64,000 nt of DNA, from positions 1-64,000 of the forward strand of contig JBDHAC010000002.1 of assembly GCA_039588275.1 (NCBI GenBank), written 5' to 3'. Below the pieces are notes generated by a model. It was not told the DNA's origin. It did not search any database and saw only the letters and a list, made by a program, of their open reading frames with translations. Shown here piece by piece: positions 47,645 to 56,879 of the stretch (position 1 is its first letter; every line of letters begins with the position of its first letter). A program made the position numbers and the translations under genes. The DNA comes from Gemmatimonadota bacterium. GTDB lineage: Bacteria > Gemmatimonadota > Gemmatimonadetes > Palauibacterales > Palauibacteraceae.

Positions 47645-48583
47645 CTAGGCGGCAAGCAGCTGCTCGACATCGTACCGGCTCTTCCTCACTGACTCGACGT
47701 ACTCTTCGTTCATCGGCCCGCGCCCCTTCCAGCGCTCGAATACCGCCGACCAGCCGATCGGCTCGTCGAACAGCCACCGCTTCGCATCCGGGTCGTACTG
47801 GCAAGGAAACTCGAAATCGAGCTCGACTTCTTCCGTGTCCGGGTTCACGTGCGCGGGTACATCCACTCCGATCTCGTTACACAGAGGCACGACCGCCTTG
47901 AGCCAGGTCTGCCGGAGCTGGTCGTTCGTCATGCCTTTGAGCTTGAACTCCAGCTGCGCGTTGTGACGTTTCTTGTCGTCTGGCATCCCGAACCACTCGG
48001 CACCCATCGTGAACATCCAATCCACGGCACGCTGCACTAGCTCCTTGCCCTCGCCGCCGGCCTCGCACAGCCGTCGCATCCATACCTCGCCGTGCCGGAG
48101 GTGGAAGTTCTCCTCCATCCCGACCTTGACGAGCCCCCGCTTCAGCGGCCCGTAGCTCGTATTTCGGTGCACATCCCCCAGCAGCGTGATCCCGGCGCGG
48201 TCGTACAGGCCGTTGGCCGTGACGAGCTCGGCCCAGTTCTCGAGCGGCTGGTCGAACCCGTAGGGATGCTTGAACTTCTCCGGAGGTCGTTCGTAGAGGA
48301 GCCAGTGGCGGTCGATCCCCAGGTCCTCGAGGAGCCGGTACGCGATGTTGGCGTGCCCCATCTCGTCCTGAATGATCGCGGTAGCGGAGACCATCGTGTT
48401 GGTGGATGGCGCGTCCTTGGCGGCCATGAAGTACGCCGGGGCGCTGATCAGCTCCGTATCACCCTGCACGGTCAACTGCGTGATCAGCGCTTTCTTGTAG
48501 GCCTCCGTCATGTCCTCTTCGGACTCGACGATGAACCCACCCTGGACCTTCCGTTGCAGCTCCTCGTCGGTGAATCGACCCAT
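47645..48583 (-). CDS. PaaA-like catalytic diiron subunit
   Basis: DTE, AP, QDEMGH, SYGP..R, EENFH, Q.AVD, WFG, K..TNDQLRQ. Confidence 0.9.
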   Translation of the reverse strand: MGRFTDEELQRKVQGGFIVESEEDMTEAYKKALITQLTVQGDTELISAPAYFMAAKDAPSTNTMVSATAIIQDEMGHANIAYRLLEDLGIDRHWLLYERPPEKFKHPYGFDQPLENWAELVTANGLYDRAGITLLGDVHRNTSYGPLKRGLVKVGMEENFHLRHGEVWMRRLCEAGGEGKELVQRAVDWMFTMGAEWFGMPDDKKRHNAQLEFKLKGMTNDQLRQTWLKAVVPLCNEIGVDVPAHVNPDTEEVELDFEFPCQYDPDAKRWLFDEPIGWSAVFERWKGRGPMNEEYVESVRKSRYDVEQLLAA

Positions 48584-48773
48584 CCGTGGTGGCCTCCTTG
48601 TTCTGTGCGGGACAGCAATCTAGCGGCGGGGTCAGCCGGGTGAAACCAACTGAATGCGCCTGCCGCGGCCCCGTCAGGCCGTGCCCGCGGTGGGCCGTGA
48701 CCATGGTGGGCGATGCCTGGACGCACCATTTTGCGAGCCCCGCAGCAGATCCACCCTATGGACGGAGGATTCG

Positions 48774-49568
48774 ATGTCCGATGTGACAGGCAGATTTGTT
48801 TGGTACGATCTCATGACCACCGACCCGGACGCCGCAATGGGTTTCTACCAAGGCATCACCGGCTGGGGGACGCAGGCGTGGGAGGGAGGTGAGACCCCTT
48901 ATACGATGTGGACCGTCGGAGAGCGGCCCATCGGCGGTGTGATGGAGCTCCCCGCAGAGGCGAAAGCCGGCGGAGCCCCACCTCATTGGCTTCCGTACGT
49001 CGGGACACCCGACGTGGACGCCACCGTCGCTCGGGCGAGCGAGCTCGGCGGATCCGTTTACGTGCCCCCGACCGACATCCCGGACGTGGGTCGATTCGCG
49101 GTTCTGGCGGACCCGCAGGGGGCGGTCTTCGCGGTGTTCTCGCCATCCGGTGAGCACCCCGTGCCGGAGGGTCCTCCGCAGAGCGGTGAGATGTCCTGGC
49201 ACGAGTTGGCCACCAGCGACTACGAAGCCGCATTCGCGTTCTATTCCGACCTGTTCGGGTGGGAGAAGTCCGACGCGATGGACATGGGGGAGGGCGCCAT
49301 CTACCAGCTGTACGGGTTAGCCGGCGGACCGGAGAATCACCTCGGCGGGATGTTCAACAAGCCCCCGGAGATGCCCGGCCCTTCTGCATGGCTGTGCTAC
49401 ACGACGGTGGCTGACGTCACGCCCCTGTCCGAGCGGGTGAAGGAGCTCGGGGGCCAGGTCCTGCACGGTCCCATGGAGGTGCCAGGCGGGGACATGATCG
49501 TGACCTGTATGGATCCACAGGGCGCCGTGTTCGCGCTTCATTCGATGAGCGGCGGCGAGGGAGGCTGA
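48774..49568 (+). CDS. VOC/glyoxalase family protein (tandem domain)
   Basis: FVWYDLMTTD, DPQGAVF x2; GGAGG RBS. Confidence 0.92.
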   Translation: MSDVTGRFVWYDLMTTDPDAAMGFYQGITGWGTQAWEGGETPYTMWTVGERPIGGVMELPAEAKAGGAPPHWLPYVGTPDVDATVARASELGGSVYVPPTDIPDVGRFAVLADPQGAVFAVFSPSGEHPVPEGPPQSGEMSWHELATSDYEAAFAFYSDLFGWEKSDAMDMGEGAIYQLYGLAGGPENHLGGMFNKPPEMPGPSAWLCYTTVADVTPLSERVKELGGQVLHGPMEVPGGDMIVTCMDPQGAVFALHSMSGGEGG

Positions 49569-49613
49569 TCCGGCCCACGAACGCCCAGGCCGCGAGACGG
49601 TCTCCGGACTGAT

Positions 49614-49648
49614 GCGAGTAAGGGGCGCCCACGGCGCCCCTTACTCGC
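49614..49648. terminator. Long hairpin between convergent genes
   Basis: GCGAGTAAGGGGCGCC-CAC-GGCGCCCCTTACTCGC. Confidence 0.7.
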
Positions 49649-50669
49649 TCCGGGTCGAATCCGGGCCGCTGCGGCTAGCCGGGGCGCCGGCCTCCGTATC
49701 GGGGGCGGACCTCGGAGCGCGGCTCAACGTGATCACGCCACGCGCGAAGCGTATCTGCAGCTCGTCATCCCGTACCTCGAACCCGATCGCCGAGCCGAGG
49801 CTCAGGGTGAGAAGCTGTTCGAACTCCATGCGAGCCGTCCCGCACATCCTACGCGTCGTCGCGATGCCCGAGATCCTGAGACCCCCGGCATCGCTCAACT
49901 GGTAGCTACCCAGCACGCGGTTGCAGCCGGTGGAGCCGAACAGTCGTCCGGAAGACCCATCCACGTCCCTCAGCTCCTCGGCGAACGAGAGTTCAGGAGT
50001 CTGTTCGCTCGAGTCGGCCATGAATGCGGGATCCTCTCCGGTGCGGATCGAGACGATCCTCCAGGTCTCGCCGGCAAGCGCTCGTGTGGGGCCCCCGGGT
50101 GACGCGGGTGGGGGTGTTGCCCCGAGAGGTGAGGAGAACGGCATCAAACCGCGGTCGGTGAACACGAAGTCCGTGGTGATCGGGACCGTGGGTTGGATGG
50201 TCCCCGGCTCACCGGGTTGGCGCACGAGGAGATCCGTTATGATGACCCCGTCCTCGATGCGCACCGCCTCGAGGCCGATCCGATCACCGATCAAGCGGCT
50301 CGAGGCATCGTGCATCTGACGGCCATCCCTCAACAGCGCGTGCAGCCGGTAGAAGTGCTCGGTGAGTCCCGAGCGCTCGACCAGCACTGCCGCCGCGTCC
50401 TCCTCGCCGTCACCATCCAGATCGCCCGTCGCGAAATCCACGAGCGTGATCACCACCTCCGGGTCCGTGCCCGGTGCCGACGGAGCCTGGTACTCGCCGT
50501 CCGTAAGCGTGACGACGCCCGCCTCCGACCACTCCGAAAGGTAGGTCGCGTTCCGGAGGATCTCCTCGCTCGTCGGAGGCGGTGATCGATCGCACGCGGT
50601 CCCGATGCTTACAGCGGCGGCCGCCAGCAGCCAGCGTCGGTAGCCCCCGCGTTCTCCGGTTGGACTCAT
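49641..50669 (-). CDS. META/HslJ-domain lipoprotein
   Basis: GTAC lipobox, GDLDGDG..D loop, G.TGCN...G.Y, TRRMC...M..E. Confidence 0.85.
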   Translation of the reverse strand: MSPTGERGGYRRWLLAAAAVSIGTACDRSPPPTSEEILRNATYLSEWSEAGVVTLTDGEYQAPSAPGTDPEVVITLVDFATGDLDGDGEEDAAAVLVERSGLTEHFYRLHALLRDGRQMHDASSRLIGDRIGLEAVRIEDGVIITDLLVRQPGEPGTIQPTVPITTDFVFTDRGLMPFSSPLGATPPPASPGGPTRALAGETWRIVSIRTGEDPAFMADSSEQTPELSFAEELRDVDGSSGRLFGSTGCNRVLGSYQLSDAGGLRISGIATTRRMCGTARMEFEQLLTLSLGSAIGFEVRDDELQIRFARGVITLSRAPRSAPDTEAGAPASRSGPDSTRSE

Positions 50670-50675
50670 CAGCCT

Positions 50676-52394
50676 CTACTCCGCTGCCATAAAGGGATAT
50701 CGGTAATCGTGCGGGGGCACGAACGTCTCCTTGATCGAGCGTGGAGAGACCCAGCGAAGCAGGTTGAGGATCGATCCCGCCTTGTCATTGGTTCCGCTCG
50801 CTCGCCCGCCGCCGAACGGCTGTTGGCCGACGACCGCCCCCGTGGGCTTGTCGTTGACGTAGAAGTTGCCCGCGGTATGACGCAGGGCTGCCGTGGCCTC
50901 GCGGATCACCTCGCGATCGTTCGCGAATACCGCCCCCGTGAGCGCGTAGGGCGAAGTTTCGTCCACGAGCTTGAGGGTCTCTTTCCACGCCTCGGGGCGA
51001 TACACGTGGACGGTCATGACCGGCCCGAAGATCTCGTCGCACATGAGCTTGTGCTTCGGGTTCTCGGCCAGCACGAGAGTGGGCTCGATGAAGAATCCGA
51101 CCGAGTCATCGCACCCGCCGCCGGCGAGGATCTCGCTATCCTCGGAGGCACGGGCGTACTCGATGTACTCCTTGATCGACTCGAACGCCGGCCGATCGAT
51201 GATCGCGGCGACGAAGTTCCGGAAATCCGCGGGATCACCCATCCGGATCTCCTCGAGCATCGCGAGCACGCGGTCACGCACGTCTTCCCACATCGTGGAG
51301 GGTACGTAGGTCCGCGAGGCCGCGCTGCACTTCTGCCCCTGGTACTCGAAGGCGCCCCGCACGATGGCCACGGCGAGCGCCTGCGGATCGGCGGTCTCGT
51401 GCGCGAGGATGAAGTCCTTGCCGCCCGTTTCGCCCACCAGACGCGGGTACGAGCGATAGCTCTCCAGCCTCTCCGCGACCTCCCGCCACAGCGCCTGGAA
51501 CGTCCATGTGGACCCGGTGAAGTGGATCCCGGCCAGCTCCGGACTCGACACCAACGGCTCGCTGATCTTCCCCGAGGACCCGGGCATGTAGTTGATCACG
51601 CCGGGAGGAAGCCCCGCCTCTTCCAGGACCCGCATCGTGTAGTAGCCGGACAGAATGGCGGTGGTCGCCGGCTTCCAGATCACGGCGTTCCCCATGATCG
51701 CGGGGGCCGTGGTGAGGTTTCCGCCGATCGCCGTGAAGTTGAACGGGCTGATCGCCCACACGTAGCCCTCGAGCGGACGGTGATCCATCCGGTTCCACAC
51801 TCCGGGCGAGGAGGCCGGCTGCTGCTCGTAGACTCGGGTGGCGAAGAAGCTGTTGAAGCGCCAGAAGTCGATCATCTCGCAGGCCGAGTCGATCTCGGCC
51901 TGGAAGACGGTCTTGCTCTGCCCGAGCATGGTCGAGGCGTTGAGGCGCGCGCGCCAGGGCCCGGAAAGCAGATCCGCCGCCCGTAACAGGACGGCGACTC
52001 GGTCCTCCAGCGACCAGCTGGACCACTCCAGCCACCCCTCGCGCGCCGCATCGATCGCCCGCGCGCACTCCGCCGCTCCCGCCATGTGCGATCGGGCCAG
52101 CACATGTCCGTGGTCGTGAGGCATCACCACATCGTGGAGGTCACCGGAGTGGACGTCCTCCCCGCCGATGATCAGGGGGATCTCGATGACGTCTCCGCTT
52201 TGGCGCTCGAGCTCGGCTTTAAGCTCGTCGCGCTCCGGGCTCCCCGGTGCATAATCGAGTACGGGCTCGTTCACGGGTGCAGGGGCCTCGAAACGCCCCT
52301 GGGGATGGGCAAGACGCGCAGGCTCCTCCGCACCGGGACGCTGCTCGTCGGCCGTCGGCCCGCTGGCCCGTCGGCTGGCGGTCACCGTCTCCAT
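50676..52394 (-). CDS. pruA: L-glutamate gamma-semialdehyde (P5C) dehydrogenase
   Basis: NEP...Y.PGS, SPFNFTAI, FTGS, GETGGKDF, FEYQGQKCSA, NDKPTGAVVGQQPFGG. Confidence 0.96.
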   Translation of the reverse strand: METVTASRRASGPTADEQRPGAEEPARLAHPQGRFEAPAPVNEPVLDYAPGSPERDELKAELERQSGDVIEIPLIIGGEDVHSGDLHDVVMPHDHGHVLARSHMAGAAECARAIDAAREGWLEWSSWSLEDRVAVLLRAADLLSGPWRARLNASTMLGQSKTVFQAEIDSACEMIDFWRFNSFFATRVYEQQPASSPGVWNRMDHRPLEGYVWAISPFNFTAIGGNLTTAPAIMGNAVIWKPATTAILSGYYTMRVLEEAGLPPGVINYMPGSSGKISEPLVSSPELAGIHFTGSTWTFQALWREVAERLESYRSYPRLVGETGGKDFILAHETADPQALAVAIVRGAFEYQGQKCSAASRTYVPSTMWEDVRDRVLAMLEEIRMGDPADFRNFVAAIIDRPAFESIKEYIEYARASEDSEILAGGGCDDSVGFFIEPTLVLAENPKHKLMCDEIFGPVMTVHVYRPEAWKETLKLVDETSPYALTGAVFANDREVIREATAALRHTAGNFYVNDKPTGAVVGQQPFGGGRASGTNDKAGSILNLLRWVSPRSIKETFVPPHDYRYPFMAAE

Positions 52395-52623
52395 GTGAGC
52401 TTCCTCCTGAGTCGCATGATCGGCTTAAGCGCCTGTGGTAATGTCGGTTAGTTGGCCTGGACGCATCCGCCGACCGTCGCGCATCCCCGCGTCGGTCGGC
52501 CCGCCGCGGCGGCGGGAACCTCCAGACCGTCTCATCGTGTTCCGTCGTGCGCGCGCCGCACACTCGAGACCGGCGCGAGGTCGTGTTCGCGGTGTATAAT
52601 GAATGCTACGGGAGTCCTCCGCC

Positions 52624-53202
52624 ATGACTGAAACGCACGGCTCGACATACAGAGGTTACTGGGAGCGGGCGCACGAGTTTCCGGTCTATCTGGGCCGGGA
52701 AGTACACGAGCGCGCCGCGCTATGGGACGGGGTGTACCGCAAGGCGGCGTCCCCCGAGTGGGCCGTGGAGCGCGCGCTGGAGCTGGGCGGTAGCTGGAAC
52801 CTCCTCGTGCTGTCGGAGGACTGGTGCGGCGATGCGTCCAACACGGTGCCGATCCTGGCCCGGTTCGCTGAGGCGGTGCCTGGCATCGAGCTTCGCGTGT
52901 TGAGGCGAAATGAGAACCCCGAGCTGATGGACCGTTATCTGACGAACGGGTCGCGCTCGATACCGCTCGCCATCGTGCTCGATGAGGCGTACGAGCCCGT
53001 GGGTCGATGGGGACCACGACCCGCCGAGCTCCAGGAGTTCGTGTTGAGTGAAAAGCGAGCGGGTGTGAGGGACAAGGCCGAGATCTACAAGGACGCTCGC
53101 CGCTGGTATGCCCGCGACCGGGGCGACACGACTCTGCGCGAGTTGCTGGAGGTCCTCGAGAGCACCATCTCCCCGAAGCCCGAGGTCGCCGCTCCGTGGT
53201 GA
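52624..53202 (+). CDS. Thioredoxin-family protein (WCGD type)
   Basis: EDWCGDA, NGSRSIP, WGPRP. Confidence 0.88.
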   Translation: MTETHGSTYRGYWERAHEFPVYLGREVHERAALWDGVYRKAASPEWAVERALELGGSWNLLVLSEDWCGDASNTVPILARFAEAVPGIELRVLRRNENPELMDRYLTNGSRSIPLAIVLDEAYEPVGRWGPRPAELQEFVLSEKRAGVRDKAEIYKDARRWYARDRGDTTLRELLEVLESTISPKPEVAAPW

Positions 53203-54671
53203 CGCGCCTGCCCTCTCTCGCCGCCGCGATCGTCGTCGCGAATGTCGCCGCGATCGCGGGCATGCTCCCGGTTGCGACGCCCGCCGCGGCGCAGGAAGTG
53301 GATCCCACGATCGAGTCGGTGGGCTCGCTGCTCGAGGGGCTCCGCCACGAGGGGTACCACCTGGTCGCACCGCGCCGCTTCGATCGAGCCGAAGCACGGC
53401 TCGAGGAGGCGCGCCGTCGTCGCGACCGCGGTGACTCCCCCGACGCCGTGCGACAGCGGGTCATCGAGGCGAGCGTCGACCTACGGGAAGTGCAGCGCGT
53501 GGCGGTCGCGGGAGAAGCCTGGTTCGGCCCGGTCCTCGCGATCCGGGCGCGGGCGATGGCTGCCGGGGCTCCGGAGCGCGCGGGTGCCAGGTGGACTGCC
53601 GCCGAAGAAACGCTTCGCGAGGCGGGCCTGCGCTTCGAGCGCGACGAGCGCGAGGACGCCATCCCTCGGATCGAGCGGGCCGAAGCCTTGTACGGTGAAG
53701 CGGCGTTCCAGGCGTTGCGGACGGATCAGCTGGAGCACGCGCTGACGGCCCGAACCGCTGCCCTCGCGGCGAGCGCGCGCGAACTGGCACCCGAAACGTT
53801 CGCCGAAGCGGAGGCACTCCTCGCCGCGGCGGACTCGATCCTGGTGCGCGGCCCCGCTGAGCGCGACGCCGCAGCGCGCCTGGGCGCCGAGGCGGCGGCC
53901 GCGTACCGCCGCGCGACCCGCATGGCGGACGTCACGGACGGCGTCGCGCGACGGGAGGTGGCCGTCGAGCGGCTGCTCCGCGCGCACCAGGACGACCTGG
54001 TCGAGCTCGCGACGCTCCTCGGTCTCGATGCGAGCATCGCGGAGGGCACGTCGGGCGTTGCCGAGGCGATCGCGGGCGAAATCCGACGCCTGCTCGACGA
54101 ACGGGCCAGGTTGGAGAGAGCGGGGGCAAGCGCCCGATCCGAAGGTGACGAGCTCCGTCGGCAGGTGGAGGCGCTCGAGCGCGATCTGGCCGCTGCAGAG
54201 CGCCGCGAAGCGGAAGCCCTGGCCGAGCTCGGAGAGCGCGAGGACTACGAGCGCCGGCTGCGAGAGGTGCAGGCGCTGTTCACGCCCCGGGAAGGCGAGG
54301 TCTTCGTGCGTGGCGACGAGCTGACATTGAGACTTTTCCAGCTCACGTTCGAATCCGGGTCGGACGAGATCCTCCCCGAGCACCAACCGATCCTGGCCAA
54401 GGTGCAGCGCGTGCTGGTCCAGTTCTCCGGCGCTCCCGCACGGATCGAGGGGCACACCGATTCGCGCGGGAACGCGGACGCCAACCGCGCGCTCAGCCAG
54501 CGGCGGGCGGTGGCAATCCGGGAATACCTTCTCGAGAGTCTGCCGATCAGCGCGGACCGGCTGGAGGCCACCGGCTACGGCGAGGACCGCCCGATCGCGA
54601 GCAACGAGACCGAGGAGGGTCGCACGCAAAACCGTCGCATCGAGATCGTGCTCGCGCTCGGCGTTCGCTGA
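53196..54671 (+). CDS. OmpA-family peptidoglycan-binding protein with long helical N-terminus
   Basis: Signal peptide; IEGHTD, N..LS.RRA, GYGE.RP.A.N, NRRIEI. Confidence 0.9.
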   Translation: MVTRLPSLAAAIVVANVAAIAGMLPVATPAAAQEVDPTIESVGSLLEGLRHEGYHLVAPRRFDRAEARLEEARRRRDRGDSPDAVRQRVIEASVDLREVQRVAVAGEAWFGPVLAIRARAMAAGAPERAGARWTAAEETLREAGLRFERDEREDAIPRIERAEALYGEAAFQALRTDQLEHALTARTAALAASARELAPETFAEAEALLAAADSILVRGPAERDAAARLGAEAAAAYRRATRMADVTDGVARREVAVERLLRAHQDDLVELATLLGLDASIAEGTSGVAEAIAGEIRRLLDERARLERAGASARSEGDELRRQVEALERDLAAAERREAEALAELGEREDYERRLREVQALFTPREGEVFVRGDELTLRLFQLTFESGSDEILPEHQPILAKVQRVLVQFSGAPARIEGHTDSRGNADANRALSQRRAVAIREYLLESLPISADRLEATGYGEDRPIASNETEEGRTQNRRIEIVLALGVR

Positions 54672-54683
54672 TCCAACAGCCCG

Positions 54684-55565
54684 CTAACCCTCAATGCGCC
54701 GGCTGCCCGTTCGCCTGGCGTCGGGCGTCGCGCGCGTGACAGCCCCGTAACGCTCCGGCTGCCGATCCTCGATGAGGTCGAGCTCCCACTCGCCCGGGCG
54801 CACGACTTCCCGCGTGGCATCCGCCAGCGACAGATCGAGCTCGAGATGGTGTCGCCCGGGCTCGGCCTCCGCCTCGAGAAGCAGGCGCCCGTCCGGATCC
54901 GCCGCCAGGCTTCCGCCCTCGAAGCGGACCCCGCGCTCGCTCCCCACCCGATTCACCGCGAAGTAGAACGCGTGGTTCTCGTAGGCCCGCACCTGCACCA
55001 TCTCTCGCCTCATCCTGAGACGTGGCCAGTTCGTCGGGAGGAGTAGCAGCTGTGCGCCCTCGAGTCTCAGCGCACGGGCGCTCTCGGGGAAGCTGCCGTC
55101 ATAGCAGATGTGCATCCCGATCCGACCGAACGGAAGCTCGTGCGCGCGAAACCCCTCCGCCCCGGGCCGCGTGAAGCGGTCGACCCCGAGGCACAGCGTG
55201 TGGACCTTCCGATATCGCCCGATGAGTCCCTCCGGGCCTACGAGCAGGGCCGCATTGAAGAGGGCATTTCCGTCGCGCTCGATCGCGCCGCACACGACCC
55301 ACGCACCGGAGTCCGCCGCGGCGCCGGCGATGGCACGAACCTCGGGCCCCTCGGTGGTTACGGCGGCGCTGAGCCCCTCGTCGAGACTCTCGAACACGTA
55401 ACCGGTCAACGCCGCCTCGGGGAATACGACGAGCTCCGCCCCTTCGGCGGCGGCCGCGGTGACCTCGCGCACGATACGCTCGGTGTTGCGGGAGGGAGAG
55501 CCGAACTCGGGGGCGAACTGGACGCCGCACACCCGTGCGAGGCGCGGCTCACCGGACGAAGGCAT
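54684..55565 (-). CDS. Carbon-nitrogen hydrolase (nitrilase superfamily)
   Basis: FPE, YRKVH and ICYD carry the catalytic triad. Confidence 0.92.
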   Translation of the reverse strand: MPSSGEPRLARVCGVQFAPEFGSPSRNTERIVREVTAAAAEGAELVVFPEAALTGYVFESLDEGLSAAVTTEGPEVRAIAGAAADSGAWVVCGAIERDGNALFNAALLVGPEGLIGRYRKVHTLCLGVDRFTRPGAEGFRAHELPFGRIGMHICYDGSFPESARALRLEGAQLLLLPTNWPRLRMRREMVQVRAYENHAFYFAVNRVGSERGVRFEGGSLAADPDGRLLLEAEAEPGRHHLELDLSLADATREVVRPGEWELDLIEDRQPERYGAVTRATPDARRTGSRRIEG

Positions 55566-55603
55566 GGGCGTGCTCTACCGCCGGCAGGTCGTCGGGGAGC
55601 TCT

Positions 55604-55831
55604 TCAGCGATCCGCCCAGGGCCGCTCTGTCCGGAGGGCGGCGGCGATACCGGCGACCACGGTCCCGACCGCGAGACCGACGCCGATCCAGCGGCCGACT
55701 TCCGCCGCTGGCCCTTTCGTGCCCTCGCGCCACGGACGGATCAGCTCGCGCTGCCATTGGCGAATCTCCTGCTCCGCCCGCACGCCGGCGACATGGAGGA
55801 GCGCTCCGCCTGCTCGACGAATGGCGCTCAT
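55604..55831 (-). CDS. Small membrane-anchored hypothetical protein
   Basis: GGGAG RBS; 4 nt after the SDR stop; one TM helix. Confidence 0.55.
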   Translation of the reverse strand: MSAIRRAGGALLHVAGVRAEQEIRQWQRELIRPWREGTKGPAAEVGRWIGVGLAVGTVVAGIAAALRTERPWADR

Positions 55832-55835
55832 CCCG

Positions 55836-56636
55836 TCAGCTCCCGGAAGGGTTGGAGCCTACGAAGTCTTCGCCTCCGTCGACCCGGATGGTGTTGCCGG
55901 TCATCCAGGCTGTCTCGGGAGCCGCCAGCGCTACCATGCAGCTCGCGACATCTTGGGGCGTGGTGAGCCGGCCGTGCGGGTTCTGGCTTGCCGCCTCCTC
56001 GATCATCTGCTCGGCCCCGGGGATCTTCCGCAACGCAGGCGTATCCGTCACACCGGCCCTGATCGCGTTGACCGTGATGCCGCGTGGGGCGAGCTCGAGC
56101 GCGAGCTGGCGGCAATGCGATTCCAGGGACGCCTTCGCGGCCGAGACCGCACCGTACGTGGGGATCACGCGATCTCCGCCCGACGAGGTCATGGCGTAGA
56201 TCCGACCCCCCTCACCCATGAGACCGCGGTCGACGAGACCCTGGGTCCAATAGACCAGCGTATGCGCCATGACATCGAGGGTCATGTTCATCTGGTCGGG
56301 CGTGATCGAGCTGTTCTCGCCCAGGAACGGCCGCAACGTCCCGAACGCGAGCGAGTGGATCAGCACGCGGACGGAGCCGGGTGACGCGTTGGCGGCGACG
56401 TCCTCCAATACTGCATCGCGTTTCTCCGGGGCCGCCGCGTTCACGTTGTAGAAGATCGCCCGACTGCCGGCCTCCTCGAGCGCCACCTTGATCTGCTCGA
56501 CGCGCTCGAGACCCGCGCGGCGGTCCAGGTGGACTCCGTAGATGTCGTATCCCGCCTGGGCAAACGCGCGCGCCGCGGCCTCACCGAAGCCGCTCGAGGC
56601 CCCCAGAATGAGGGCGGCGTGGCTGTTCTCGCTCAC
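55836..56636 (-). CDS. Enoyl-ACP reductase-like SDR (FabL/FabI type)
   Basis: GASSGFG, Y......K (YGAVSAAK), VNAI.AG...T.AL, G..I.VDGG. Confidence 0.85.
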   Translation of the reverse strand: MSENSHAALILGASSGFGEAAARAFAQAGYDIYGVHLDRRAGLERVEQIKVALEEAGSRAIFYNVNAAAPEKRDAVLEDVAANASPGSVRVLIHSLAFGTLRPFLGENSSITPDQMNMTLDVMAHTLVYWTQGLVDRGLMGEGGRIYAMTSSGGDRVIPTYGAVSAAKASLESHCRQLALELAPRGITVNAIRAGVTDTPALRKIPGAEQMIEEAASQNPHGRLTTPQDVASCMVALAAPETAWMTGNTIRVDGGEDFVGSNPSGS

Positions 56637-56879
56637 CAATTCGAGCCTTGCGTTTGGGTGTTCGAGCTCCTCGCCGCACCGTGTAGGCGCCGTGAGGGGC
56701 TTCGTGGTGTACGCCGCGATCATGGGGGGGGCGCACGTCTGGCGCCAGCCCTCCCGGAAGACCAACGGACTCAGGGGAGCCAGACCCGCGGACTCCGGCC
56801 AGCGGGGGCGTGAGATTTGCTCCACTGACAACCAGTTCGGGCTGCGAGGCCCGCGGTCGGTGGAGGTGGAGAAAGGCAC

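Noticed and set aside
56724..56731. G8 tract in a divergent intergenic region as a phase-variation switch
   Set aside because: Short for a high-GC genome and not placed within a recognisable promoter spacer.
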